From a virus (lineage: Duplodnaviria > Caudoviricetes): 42,660 nucleotides of DNA. The stretch spans positions 1 through 42,660 of the IMG/VR virus record IMGVR_UViG_3300048611_000078; one strand, given 5' to 3'. The first letter of the stretch is position 1. The number at the start of each line of letters is the position of its first letter. The notes beneath the pieces are model-generated. The model was not told the DNA's origin, did no database searches, and saw only the letters and a list, made by a program, of their open reading frames with translations. The translations under genes were made by a program, and so were the position numbers. Shown here piece after piece: positions 14,815 to 24,242 of the stretch.

Positions 14815-16143
14815 ATGGAACTAACCAACCGGCAAAAAGAAGCGGTTCGTCTCTTGGGTGGGGATGAAACGCATTGCTTATTGTTCGGCGGGTCACGGTC
14901 CGGCAAGACGTTCATCCTTATGCGCACGGTTATTCTCCGCGCTCTAGCCTCTACTGGTTCACGCCATGCGGTCTTGCGGTACAGATTCAACCACGTTAAA
15001 AGCTCAATTGTCCTCGACACATTTCCCAAGGTTTTATCACTTTGCTTCCCTGGTGTCTCCGCCCACGTTGATAAAACAGACTGGTATGCAGAATTCCCAA
15101 ACAAAAGCCAGATATGGTTTGGCGGGCTTGACGATAAGGAGCGCACCGAGAAGATTCTGGGGCAGGAATACGCCACTATTTATCTTAACGAATGTAGCCA
15201 AATACCGTACAGCTCCCGCAACCTTGCCATAACACGACTGGCTCAAAACGTGCAAAGGGACGATGGGAAGGGCGCATTACGGCTCAAGATGTTTTATGAT
15301 TGCAACCCCCCGAGCCAGGCCCATTGGACATATCAACTATGGGTAAAGGGGCGTGACCCGCAAGACAAAAAGCCGGTTGACCGAGGCAACTATGCCAGCA
15401 CGATTATAAATCCATCGGATAACATCGACAATCTCCCCCCGTCATATATACAGAGCCTCGAATCCCTTCCGGCCCGTCTACGCACCAGGTTCCTAGATGG
15501 TAAGTTCATGGATGATACCGTGGGGGCACTGTGGACGATTGAGGGGATTGAGACCTGGCGGAAGGTCAACAATCTCCCCGACATGCAGCGCATAGTGGTT
15601 GCGGTTGATCCGTCCGGCGCGGGTGATGCTGACAACCGGGACAATGACGCAATCGGGATTATTGTGGCTGGCTTGGGTTTAGATGGGAACGGGTATGTTC
15701 TGGCCGACCTGACATGCAAGGCTGGCCCGGCAGTGTGGGGCAACGTGGTAACTACCGCTTACGAGAGATACCGGGCGGATGTGGTTGTGGCGGAAGGGAA
15801 CTATGGCGGGGCCATGGTTGAGCACGTTATCCAGACAGCCAGGAGGAATACCCCGTTTCGATCAGTGACCGCGACAAGGGGTAAGGTTGTCCGGGCGGAG
15901 CCGGTTGCCGCCCTGGCCGAAAAGGGGAGAGTACGCCATGCCGGGTATTTCCCAGAGCTTGAGGACGAGCTATGCGCATTCACTACGGGCGGGTATATGG
16001 GAGAGGACTCACCGAACCGGGCAGACGCATATGTGTGGGCGATTACTGAGTTGTTTGGGGAGATTGTCAACGGGGCAGAGGAAGAAGACGAGGACGAATA
16101 CGACTTCAAGGCCAACACACGTAATTCAGTGACGGGGTATTAG
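14815..16143 (+). CDS. terL: Terminase large subunit
   Basis: GGSRSGKT Walker A, YLNE Walker B, CNP, VAVDP nuclease, DA motif. Confidence 0.92.
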   Translation: MELTNRQKEAVRLLGGDETHCLLFGGSRSGKTFILMRTVILRALASTGSRHAVLRYRFNHVKSSIVLDTFPKVLSLCFPGVSAHVDKTDWYAEFPNKSQIWFGGLDDKERTEKILGQEYATIYLNECSQIPYSSRNLAITRLAQNVQRDDGKGALRLKMFYDCNPPSQAHWTYQLWVKGRDPQDKKPVDRGNYASTIINPSDNIDNLPPSYIQSLESLPARLRTRFLDGKFMDDTVGALWTIEGIETWRKVNNLPDMQRIVVAVDPSGAGDADNRDNDAIGIIVAGLGLDGNGYVLADLTCKAGPAVWGNVVTTAYERYRADVVVAEGNYGGAMVEHVIQTARRNTPFRSVTATRGKVVRAEPVAALAEKGRVRHAGYFPELEDELCAFTTGGYMGEDSPNRADAYVWAITELFGEIVNGAEEEDEDEYDFKANTRNSVTGY

Positions 16144-16207
16144 TGGAACCAAAGCAAGAGAACGACAAGAAATTCGTTGACGAGCACATAAGGATTGCAT
16201 TTTCTTC

Positions 16208-16236
16208 TTGCTTTTTCGGTGAAATTCGTATAAAAT
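16208..16236 (+). promoter_or_regulatory. Putative promoter upstream of portal
   Basis: TTGCTT-N17-TAAAAT. Confidence 0.55.
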
Positions 16237-16315
16237 TTGAACACGGTAAGGTGGTACAGCTTAAAAAAGAGCAGTGCTTCAAACCTAAAAACTAGATCGG
16301 CTATCAAAACAATTG

Positions 16316-16353
16316 AGGCCAGCTTCTCCATAACGGGGATTGCTGGCCTTTTT
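16316..16353 (+). terminator. Intrinsic terminator-like hairpin just before portal
   Basis: AGGCCAGC...GCTGGCCT stem followed by a T-run. Confidence 0.6.
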
Positions 16354-16369
16354 GCGTTTAAGGAGCAGC

Positions 16370-18433
16370 GTGGACGGATCGACGATAGAAAACCTGCTTA
16401 GATTTGCCAAGATGGACAATGTGTCCCCTGAGATTAAAGATGAGAATCTCATCAAGATCGGGCGCGATGTTGTCCGCCTGTACAAGATAGACGAAGATAG
16501 CCGCGAAGACTGGAAGAAGCGGTCCCAAGATGCGATGGCCCTTGCGCTGCAAGTTACAAAGAAGAAAGATTTCCCCTTTGAGAACGCCTCACAAGTTAAA
16601 TATCCCCTCCTCACCACCTCCGCACTTCAATTCCATGCCAGATGCTACCCGGCAGTAATCCAGGGCGATAAGGTAATAAAGTTCCGCGTTACCGGCGAAG
16701 ACCCTGAAGGCGAGAAGAGCAAGCGGGCCGTGCGGTGCGCTCAGTTCATGAATTGGCAGCTACTGTTCCAACAGGAAGAATGGGAAGAGCAGTTCGACCG
16801 GCTCCTGCTGGCCCTGCCTATCGAGGGGTGCGAGTTCAAAAAATCGTTTTATGATCCCACCCTTGGCCGAAATGTATCTGAGTGGATCAGGCCGGATGAC
16901 TTTGTAGTCCACAACAAGACAAAGAGCTTGGCCGTTTGCCCCAGGATGACCCACAGGCTGTATTTCTACCCGCACGAGATAGAGGTGCGGCAATCGTCTG
17001 GGTTATGGGTTGACGTAAACCTGGAAATCAGTAAAACGGACGAAGATGAAGAGACTCAGCAATGCTTCCTTGAGCAACACTGCTTGTTGGACCTTGACGA
17101 GGATGGGGTCAAAGAGCCGTGGTGCGTGACCGTCCACGAGCAATCGCAGAAGGTTGTGAGGATCAAGGCCGGGTTCTACCCCGAGGATATCTGGATCAAT
17201 CTGGACGAAATGAAACGGCTTGGAGATATTGACGCATCTGTCCCTGCTGAAGCGGTTTTCGGTGCCCAGGTTGTTAAGATTGACCGCATTCAGTATTTCA
17301 CCAAGTATTCGTTCATCCCCTCGCCCGATGGAGGCTTTTATGATGTTGGGTTCGGCCAGCTTATCGGGCCGCTGTCAGACACCATTGATACCACGATAAA
17401 CCAAATCATCGACGCGGGCACGTTGGCTAATACTCAGGGCGGATTTGTCCGTGAGGGGGTTAGTGTCGGTGGCGGGCGTGGCTCAATCCGGTTTGCCATG
17501 GGCGAGTTTAAGCAGATTCGCATCCCCTCGGCCATGCCTATAAGTCAAGCGATGCAGCCAATGATTTTCCCTGGCCCGTCCGCCGTTCTATTTCAGATGT
17601 TGGAAATGCTGATTCAATCAGTCCGCGATATTACCGGGGTGCAAGACATTAACGTAGGCGCAACCCCGCAGAACGAGACCGCCACCACCACCATGATTCG
17701 GGTGGAAGAGGGAGCGAAGGTTTTTACCGCAATTTACAAGCGCATCTGGCGGGCGATGAAGGAAGAGTTTGCGAAGCTGTACAAGCTGAACAGTATTTAT
17801 TTGCAGCCGGAAACGTATTTTACGGTTCTTGATTCCAACGAACAAGGGGTTGTGTCTCTCCAAGACTTCAGGGGAGAATCTACCGACATACAGCCCGTTG
17901 CAGACCCGACCATCGCGACCACTCAACAGAGAATCGCAAAGGCCGAGTTGTTGATGGGGCAAATGGGTAACCCGCTCACCAACAAAGAGGAAATCACTCG
18001 CCGCTACTTGGAGGCCGCAGAGATTAGTGGCGTTGACAAGGTAATTATCCCGGAAGATCAGCGGCAAGTCCCGCCCGATCCAAAGATAGAGCTTGCCGCC
18101 ATGAAACAACGCGACGAGGCAAGAGAGTCAGAGGCGCGGGTGCTAAACCTGTACGCCAAGACGCTTGAGGCGTTTGCAAATGCGGAATCAAAGGAAGTAG
18201 GGAGCCAGCTTGATCAGTACAGGCTGGAGCTTGAAGCATTAAGAACCCAGATAGAGGCAGGCGATGCTAACAAAGGAAGAGTTGCAGGAATGGAAGGCGC
18301 ACCCGACGACCAAGGCGGTGTTCCACCGGCTGAAGAGTTACCAGCAGGTATTGACGCAGGAATGCTTGGAGGCGGGGAACCTGGACAAGGACCAGGCATG
18401 GCGATTGGTGGTGGAGAACAAGGCGAAGTTTGA
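16370..18433 (+). CDS. Portal protein (P22-like podovirus)
   Basis: ~690 aa after TerL; FPFENASQVKYPLL, FYDVGFG, ATTT motifs; C-terminal coil; AAGGAG then GTG 16370. Confidence 0.85.
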   Translation: MDGSTIENLLRFAKMDNVSPEIKDENLIKIGRDVVRLYKIDEDSREDWKKRSQDAMALALQVTKKKDFPFENASQVKYPLLTTSALQFHARCYPAVIQGDKVIKFRVTGEDPEGEKSKRAVRCAQFMNWQLLFQQEEWEEQFDRLLLALPIEGCEFKKSFYDPTLGRNVSEWIRPDDFVVHNKTKSLAVCPRMTHRLYFYPHEIEVRQSSGLWVDVNLEISKTDEDEETQQCFLEQHCLLDLDEDGVKEPWCVTVHEQSQKVVRIKAGFYPEDIWINLDEMKRLGDIDASVPAEAVFGAQVVKIDRIQYFTKYSFIPSPDGGFYDVGFGQLIGPLSDTIDTTINQIIDAGTLANTQGGFVREGVSVGGGRGSIRFAMGEFKQIRIPSAMPISQAMQPMIFPGPSAVLFQMLEMLIQSVRDITGVQDINVGATPQNETATTTMIRVEEGAKVFTAIYKRIWRAMKEEFAKLYKLNSIYLQPETYFTVLDSNEQGVVSLQDFRGESTDIQPVADPTIATTQQRIAKAELLMGQMGNPLTNKEEITRRYLEAAEISGVDKVIIPEDQRQVPPDPKIELAAMKQRDEARESEARVLNLYAKTLEAFANAESKEVGSQLDQYRLELEALRTQIEAGDANKGRVAGMEGAPDDQGGVPPAEELPAGIDAGMLGGGEPGQGPGMAIGGGEQGEV

Positions 18434-18476
18434 CGTGGTTCAGGATATTTTCGACACGGAGGCAGACAATGAATAA
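18264..18476 (+). CDS. Small head-module protein overlapping the portal 3' end
   Basis: GAGG SD; MLTKEELQEWKAHPTTK; overlaps GroES start. Confidence 0.6.
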   Translation: MLTKEELQEWKAHPTTKAVFHRLKSYQQVLTQECLEAGNLDKDQAWRLVVENKAKFDVVQDIFDTEADNE

Positions 18477-18780
18477 AAGCGGCATCAAGCCTATGGAGTA
18501 CAAAATCCTCGTTGAGCCTGTGAAGGTTGAGGAAAAGACAGCGGGCGGTATTTATCTCCCCGACCAGGTGAAGGACAAGAACAAGTTTGCCAATGATGAG
18601 GGCACTATTATTGCGGTTGGCCCTATTGCATTCACCGACCCGCACTGGCTGGAATGCCCGAAGGTTGGCGACAAGGTAATGTTTGATCGGTACGCAGGCA
18701 TTCTCGTTAAAGGAAAAGACGAGAATGAATACCGGATCATCAACGACAAGGAAATTTGTGCAATATTGGAGGAAGTATGA
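18469..18780 (+). CDS. groES: Co-chaperonin GroES (Cpn10)
   Basis: IKPMEYKILV...EEKTAGGIYLP...GTIIAVGP...KVGDKVMF..YAG...YRII.DKEI.AI. Confidence 0.92.
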   Translation: MNKSGIKPMEYKILVEPVKVEEKTAGGIYLPDQVKDKNKFANDEGTIIAVGPIAFTDPHWLECPKVGDKVMFDRYAGILVKGKDENEYRIINDKEICAILEEV

Positions 18781-19517
18781 GCGAAGACATTGAAAAAAGG
18801 GCCAAAGAAATGGGCCATGTTTCAAAAGAAGAATGGAAAGGCGACCCTGATAAGTGGCGGCCAGCAGATGAGTTTGTAAAGCGTGGCGAAGAGATTGTGC
18901 CTATCCTCAAGGACCGGCTGGACAAGACGGAACGCGAATTAAAGGCCGCTCTTGCCATGAACAAGCAGGAGCTTGAAGAGGTCAAGAAGGTTGCCTACGA
19001 AACCGCCAAGAAAGACTACGACCGGGAGCGTAAGGAGCTTGAGAAAAAAGAGCTTGAGGCATTCCAGACCGGCGATGCCGACGCATACCACGCGGCGAAG
19101 AAAGAGGCGGCAGCACTAAAACCGCCCGATCAGCCCAAGGCTCCTGCGCTAAATCCTGTTTTTGAAGATTGGCAGGACAAAAACAAATGGTACAGCGATG
19201 AACCTGAGCTTGCGGAGTATGCCGATTTCCTGGGGGATAAACTTTTCAAGGAAAATCCCAAGCTACCCCTGTCTGACATTTATGACAAGGTTTCTGCCAA
19301 GGTAAAGAAGCAGTTCCCCGACAAGTTCACCAATCCTCGCCGGGAAGATGCCGGTTCGGTTGAGGGTGGAAGCCCCGCAGCAAATGGTGGGAAGGGCAAT
19401 AAGTTTTCAGACCTCCCGGCAGCCGCGAAAGAGACATATGCCCGCCTTGCAGCAAAAGCAGAGAAGCAAGGCCGGAAATTCACCAAAGAACAGTACGCGC
19501 AAGCGTATTTTGAGTAA
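18777..19517 (+). CDS. Capsid scaffolding protein
   Basis: Charged helical protein between portal and capsid; W..ADEF, NKWY. Confidence 0.7.
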   Translation: MSEDIEKRAKEMGHVSKEEWKGDPDKWRPADEFVKRGEEIVPILKDRLDKTERELKAALAMNKQELEEVKKVAYETAKKDYDRERKELEKKELEAFQTGDADAYHAAKKEAAALKPPDQPKAPALNPVFEDWQDKNKWYSDEPELAEYADFLGDKLFKENPKLPLSDIYDKVSAKVKKQFPDKFTNPRREDAGSVEGGSPAANGGKGNKFSDLPAAAKETYARLAAKAEKQGRKFTKEQYAQAYFE

Positions 19518-19530
19518 GGAGACAAGGAAG

Positions 19531-19989
19531 ATGGCCAGAAAGGAAAGAACTACAAGGGTTGCATTCGGTGTTCCGCGTTTGAAAATGAACCTGGATGCGA
19601 AGACGGAAGCACGGTTGAAGAAGGAAGGTGTTGTTCCGCGCTGGATCAACGACGAAGACCACGGCCAGCGATTGAAAAACGCAATTGACGGCGGCTATGA
19701 GTTCGTTAACGCGGACGGGACGGAAGAAGTTGGAACCTCAAAGGAAGTCCAGGACAGGGATCGGCGCATCAAGAAGCTGGTGGGGGCCAACAAGGATGGC
19801 TCTGCGAAGTATGCCTATTTGATGGCTATTCCAAGGAAGTATTACGACGAAGACCAGGCGAAGAAGGAAGCAACAAACCGCATGGTTGACGATGCAATCC
19901 GTGGGGGCAGCCCCGGCGGACTTAAACCGCATGGGGTAGCGCCTGATAAGGGCGGAACCTATGTAAAGAATGTTGATTACACGCCTTAG
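19531..19989 (+). CDS. Conserved head-module protein
   Basis: RWIND...GYEFV...AYLMAIP..YY.ED; AAGGAG SD. Confidence 0.65.
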   Translation: MARKERTTRVAFGVPRLKMNLDAKTEARLKKEGVVPRWINDEDHGQRLKNAIDGGYEFVNADGTEEVGTSKEVQDRDRRIKKLVGANKDGSAKYAYLMAIPRKYYDEDQAKKEATNRMVDDAIRGGSPGGLKPHGVAPDKGGTYVKNVDYTP

Positions 19990-20005
19990 GGCGTAAGGAG
20001 TTCAT

Positions 20006-20608
20006 ATGGCTAACGCTACCGCCGCTTTCGGTTTGCGGCCTTCAAAAAACCGAGACGGCAGCGCGTGGAATGGCGCGACCGTCCCTATGTACGTAAGCGC
20101 GTCTTACGCAACCGCCATGTATATTGGCGAACCTGTTCTTCTTTCCCCGACCCTGGCGGAGAAGGACGCAACCGGCAAGAAATTGACCATTAACGCCTCT
20201 GCTGGCACCGATGCCACTATTATCTTTGGTGTTATCACCAGCTTTGAGCCGTTGGTCACCGACCTGACCAAGATTTACAACCCGGCCAGCACTGAGCGTA
20301 TTGCGAATGTGTGTCTGGCCAAGGACGCCATTTTTGAGGTACGCGGCTCCGGTACTGCGCTGACCAGTGTATGCCCCGGCCAGAATGCCGTATTGACTGG
20401 CTCCGGTGGTTCTACTGTGACAGGCCTTTCTTCCAAGTACCTGGCGGAAAGTGGCACGGTCCCTGCAGCAGACCAGAGCTACCCTCTCTTTATCCTTGGT
20501 CTCAAGGATGTAGAGGACAACACCCTCGGCGCAAATGCTGTGTACGAGGTTCTTATCAACACCGCCGAGAACGCCACGGGTGCAATCCTGGGCGTGACCG
20601 CTTCTTAA
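20006..20608 (+). CDS. Head decoration / cement-like virion protein
   Basis: MAN...FGLRP start; immediately upstream of the capsid gene. Confidence 0.6.
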   Translation: MANATAAFGLRPSKNRDGSAWNGATVPMYVSASYATAMYIGEPVLLSPTLAEKDATGKKLTINASAGTDATIIFGVITSFEPLVTDLTKIYNPASTERIANVCLAKDAIFEVRGSGTALTSVCPGQNAVLTGSGGSTVTGLSSKYLAESGTVPAADQSYPLFILGLKDVEDNTLGANAVYEVLINTAENATGAILGVTAS

Positions 20609-20623
20609 TAGAGGTGATATGAT

Positions 20624-22371
20624 ATGGTTATGTCAACTGGTACCCACCCTTAAATCTTAGGGGCCTTGTGGGGTAATCCACAAGTAAACTGTGCGTGAAT
20701 TGCTGGGATATCTCTATGAGACAATCAGCAGCCAAGCCAAAAAGAGAAAATAAATGTTTTCAGTGTACGAAATAAAGAATCAAACTAACGGGAAGAAATA
20801 TATCGGCATTACTTCTCGCACGATTGCAGAACGATTTGAAGAACACAAATCGCGAGCAAAGTGTGGGCAAAGAGGAAGCCGGTTATATGACGCAATGCGA
20901 AAGTATGGCGTTGATAATTTCTGTGTAAAGTTGGTTCTTGCGGTTGAATCCGAGGATGATGTTAGAGAGATGGAAACTTTCTATATCACCAAGGAAGATT
21001 CGTACACAAACGGGTATAATTGCAATTACGGAGGCCATGGATTCTTAAAAGTCCCTGACCATGTCCGGGTAAAAATTGGCAATGCAAATCGTGGACGGGT
21101 TATGTCTCTCGATGCACGCAAGAAAATGTCTCAAGCAAAAAAAGGAGATAGTTCTTGTTCTGCCAATTTCGGTGATTATGTCGGCAAGGGGGCCAAAAGT
21201 CCTCTTTCTAAGGCGTATTTAATCCAGTTTCCAGACGGCCACACGGAAACAGTTGTTGGGCTTAGAGCGTTTTGCCGGGAGCATAAAATCGCTGGTTGCA
21301 AATTATACACCAGAGGAAAGACAAAAGGATTTCTCTTGCTGGAAGGTCCAACGACTATCCCTTCGGGGAGTACGCTCAAGTGAGCGGAAGCGCGCACCTA
21401 CCCACGCGGTAGAAGATATAGTCTGATCTCATGGGCGACTATGAGCTGCCGAAAGGCGGGCTAAGATTAACGATCTTAGCTGAACATAAATGAAAGATTT
21501 ATGGCCGGGAATTAAGGCCCACTTTGGACATACTTACGACGAGCACGCAGAGGAGTTTTCTCAGATTTTCGACGTGCAGACCTCCGACAAGAACTTTGAA
21601 GAGCGTATTCAGTACAAGGGCCTCGGCCTCGCCCCTGTGAAAGCGCAAGGGGCATCTATCTCTTTTGAGGACACTCAGCAGGGCTATATCAGCCGGATTA
21701 ACAACATTACCTACGCTATCGGCGGTATTGTGACCCGTGAAGCAATCGAGGATGGGCAGTACGAAAGCACGGCCACTCGGCTTTCTGGCCATATCGCTTT
21801 CTCTATCCGGCAGACGGAAGAGAACGTGTGCGCTAACATCCTGAACCGCTTCACCACTTCCGGGTATAACGGCGGGGATGGGGTTGTACTTGGCTCCACC
21901 GCGCACCCGGAGGCCACCGGCAATCAGAGCAACATCCTTTCCGTGGCTGCTGATCTTTCTGAGGCATCCCTTGAGGACATGCTGATTCAGACTATGAATG
22001 CCACTGACTCCAAGGGGCTGAAAATCTCCCTTATCGGTAAGAAACTGATTGTTCCCCCGGCCTTGGCCTTTGAGGCAACCCGCATTGTTAAAAGCCAGCT
22101 CCAGAGCAACACGGCCAACAACGATATTAACGCCCTGAAAGCAATGGGCATGCTGCCTGATGGTATCGTTACCTGCCATTACCTGACTGACACCGATGCA
22201 TGGTTTGTGAAGACCAACGCAGTTGAAGGCCTAATCAAGCAGGATCGCCGGTCTGTAGAGTTCGCCAAGGACAACGATTTTGACACCGAAAACGCCAAGA
22301 TGAAAGGCTCAATCCGGTTCGGTGCTGGTTGGGCAGATTGGCGCGGCGTGTTCGGCTCTGCTGGCGCATGA
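20624..22371 (+). CDS. Major capsid protein, spliced: exon 1 20624-20650 + exon 2 21493-22371 (301 aa)
   Basis: GAGGTG SD; spliced N-terminus MVMSTGTHP|KDLWPGIKA; GGDGV.L.S.AHP, LIVPPAL, YLTDTDAWF, DFDTEN, DWRG motifs. Confidence 0.88.
20651..21492 (+). mobile_element. Group I intron (IA2-like, 842 nt) in the capsid gene
   Basis: P1 CCCU|UAA..UUAGGGG with U-G at the splice site; P GAAUUGCUGGGA; Q AAUCAGCAGCC; R CAACGACUA; S AAGAUAUAGUCU; terminal G; P10 complementarity. Confidence 0.92.
20754..21383 (+). CDS. Intron-encoded GIY-YIG homing endonuclease
   Basis: VYEIKN...KKYIGIT...RF..H...E...GYN; NUMOD3-like RKKMSQAKKG. Confidence 0.9.
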   Translation: MFSVYEIKNQTNGKKYIGITSRTIAERFEEHKSRAKCGQRGSRLYDAMRKYGVDNFCVKLVLAVESEDDVREMETFYITKEDSYTNGYNCNYGGHGFLKVPDHVRVKIGNANRGRVMSLDARKKMSQAKKGDSSCSANFGDYVGKGAKSPLSKAYLIQFPDGHTETVVGLRAFCREHKIAGCKLYTRGKTKGFLLLEGPTTIPSGSTLK

Positions 22372-22406
22372 TGAAAAAGAAAGGTAAGGGCGGCAAGGGC
22401 TGCTAA
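22368..22406 (+). CDS. Possible 12-aa basic micropeptide MMKKKGKGGKGC
   Basis: ATGA overlap with the capsid stop; followed by a GC hairpin. Confidence 0.35.
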   Translation: MMKKKGKGGKGC

Positions 22407-22464
22407 CCTACAATCTGGGCGGGGTGGAATATCCCCGCCTGCTTCCACTCAGGAGGTGGATTAA

Positions 22465-23439
22465 ATGGCATTAACTAATTTTCCCAACGGCATTTCTTCT
22501 TTCGGTGTTCCCTTGATGGGCGGCGGCGGTATCCCTGCTGTAGCTGGCAATGTGATTTTCGTTGATTATGGGGCAGGCGACGATGGGCGCAGCATCAAGA
22601 GCAATAGCGCCGCTCGTCCGTTCAAGACCATTGATAAGGCCTACAGCCTTGCTACCACAAACAAGGATGACTTGATTGTGTTGATGGGTAACAGCACTCA
22701 CACGCTTACGGAAATGCTCGATATTTCCAAGAATCGTGTTCATTTCGTCGGCATGGATGGCTCGATGCGGATGTATGGCCAGAACGCCAAGGTTTCCCTT
22801 GGGGTGACCACGGCTGCAACCGACATTGCCACCATCCAGAATACCGGCGTTCGCAACTCGTTCAGTAATATAAAATTTCTGAACAGCAATACCGTTACCG
22901 AGGGCATCTATTGCGTAGCAGAGGGCGGAGAATACACCGTCTATGACCACTGCGAGATTTACAAGGATACCGACTTGGACGAGACTACAGCAGCTGAAAT
23001 GCTGCACAACGGCGATTCGGTGCAGATGTTCAACTGTACCATCGGTAGCCTTGCAAACATCGTGGCGGACAACGTAATCCGCCCATGTGTGAAGGTAACG
23101 GCCACCCTGGACGGCAAGAAATTCCGGGACGGCTACTTTGAAAACTGCATGTTCTGGCGGAAGGCTGGCGGCACCGAAACCATGATGATTTATGGCGCAA
23201 ACGCAACCGATGTAGAGCGGATGCTTTTGGCGAAGAATTGTACCTTTGTAAATAGCACCCTTGCTGCTGCTGACCCTGCTCATGCGGTAGGTTTTGCGGC
23301 GGCTCAGACTGAAGGTGTTGTCTTGCTCCAAGACTGTGCGTCTGTCAATTGCACCGTTATGGCAGAGGCGGCAGTCGGCATCTATGTCGCCGGTGCTGTC
23401 CCGACCTTCGCCACAACCGGAGTTGCTGTAGCTGCTTAA
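22465..23439 (+). CDS. Virion protein with pectin-lyase-like beta-helix (head fibre/spike)
   Basis: MALTNFPNGISSFGVP start; PFKTIDKA; beta-helix periodicity. Confidence 0.65.
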   Translation: MALTNFPNGISSFGVPLMGGGGIPAVAGNVIFVDYGAGDDGRSIKSNSAARPFKTIDKAYSLATTNKDDLIVLMGNSTHTLTEMLDISKNRVHFVGMDGSMRMYGQNAKVSLGVTTAATDIATIQNTGVRNSFSNIKFLNSNTVTEGIYCVAEGGEYTVYDHCEIYKDTDLDETTAAEMLHNGDSVQMFNCTIGSLANIVADNVIRPCVKVTATLDGKKFRDGYFENCMFWRKAGGTETMMIYGANATDVERMLLAKNCTFVNSTLAAADPAHAVGFAAAQTEGVVLLQDCASVNCTVMAEAAVGIYVAGAVPTFATTGVAVAA

Positions 23440-23445
23440 TAACCC

Positions 23446-23472
23446 AGGGGGTGATTCGTCACCCCTTATTTT
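23446..23472 (+). terminator. Intrinsic terminator
   Basis: GGGGTGA-TTCG-TCACCCC followed by TTATTTT. Confidence 0.65.
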
Positions 23473-23483
23473 AAAGGTGCCAT

Positions 23484-23639
23484 ATGCCTCTGTACAAATG
23501 TGAAAAATGTTCCGCCACAGATGATGAGGCGGTGCCGTGTTTGACATGCGGGAGAATGCTCCTTCCTGTTCTCGAAGAAAGGCCAGAAAAAAGAGTTGTG
23601 CCGGTGAAAGGCAAGAGGGGGGCGAAAAATGCGGCCTAA
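23484..23639 (+). CDS. Small zinc-ribbon protein (51 aa)
   Basis: AAGGTG SD; MPLYKCEKC...CLTCG. Confidence 0.5.
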   Translation: MPLYKCEKCSATDDEAVPCLTCGRMLLPVLEERPEKRVVPVKGKRGAKNAA

Positions 23640-24240
23640 ACAGTTCGATATTGATCCTGCAAACGCGAGCCTTACCGGGTTTCGCAGTAACGCAACAGGG
23701 GTTGACTTCGCGCTAACAGCGACTGATTCCGGTGACGGGCTGGCGCATCGGGTGAGTGTGCGCAACGATTCCGCAACAGACCATAGTGCTAAAACCCTTA
23801 TTCTTGTGGGCACTGACCCGGACGGGAAAGCGCAGACGGAAACCATTGCGGCCCCCGACACATCGGCAACGGTTGAATCTTCTGGATATTACCTCACCCT
23901 TACCAGCGTGACACCCTCCGCCACGATCGGGGCGGATACATTTGATATCGGATGGGTTGACGAAGTGGCAACGCAGACTATCCCGGTAAATTCACGCTGC
24001 CAGGTTGGTGCAGCTGTTGGTTCATACGTGACCGGGACGATGAGCTACAGCATTCAGGAGACGTTTTCCGACCTTGCCACGCCAAGCGATTTAAAGTGGT
24101 ATTCTGGATCAACATTCCCCGCCACCGATGATGTGGTTGTAACGTCAACGCCTGGGGCTACAGCTATCCGGCTGGTGATTCACAGTTACACGGACACGGC
24201 GGAAATTCAGCTTAACGTGTCTCAGCCGTTTGGGGCCTAA
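23629..24240 (+). CDS. Virion structural protein
   Basis: T/S-rich, 203 aa, in late operon. Confidence 0.6.
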   Translation: MRPKQFDIDPANASLTGFRSNATGVDFALTATDSGDGLAHRVSVRNDSATDHSAKTLILVGTDPDGKAQTETIAAPDTSATVESSGYYLTLTSVTPSATIGADTFDIGWVDEVATQTIPVNSRCQVGAAVGSYVTGTMSYSIQETFSDLATPSDLKWYSGSTFPATDDVVVTSTPGATAIRLVIHSYTDTAEIQLNVSQPFGA

Positions 24241-24242
24241 CC

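Noticed and set aside
21490-22371. Capsid starting at ATG 21490
   Set aside because: No SD, and the conserved-looking N-terminus lies upstream in exon 1; this ATG is the intron 3' end.
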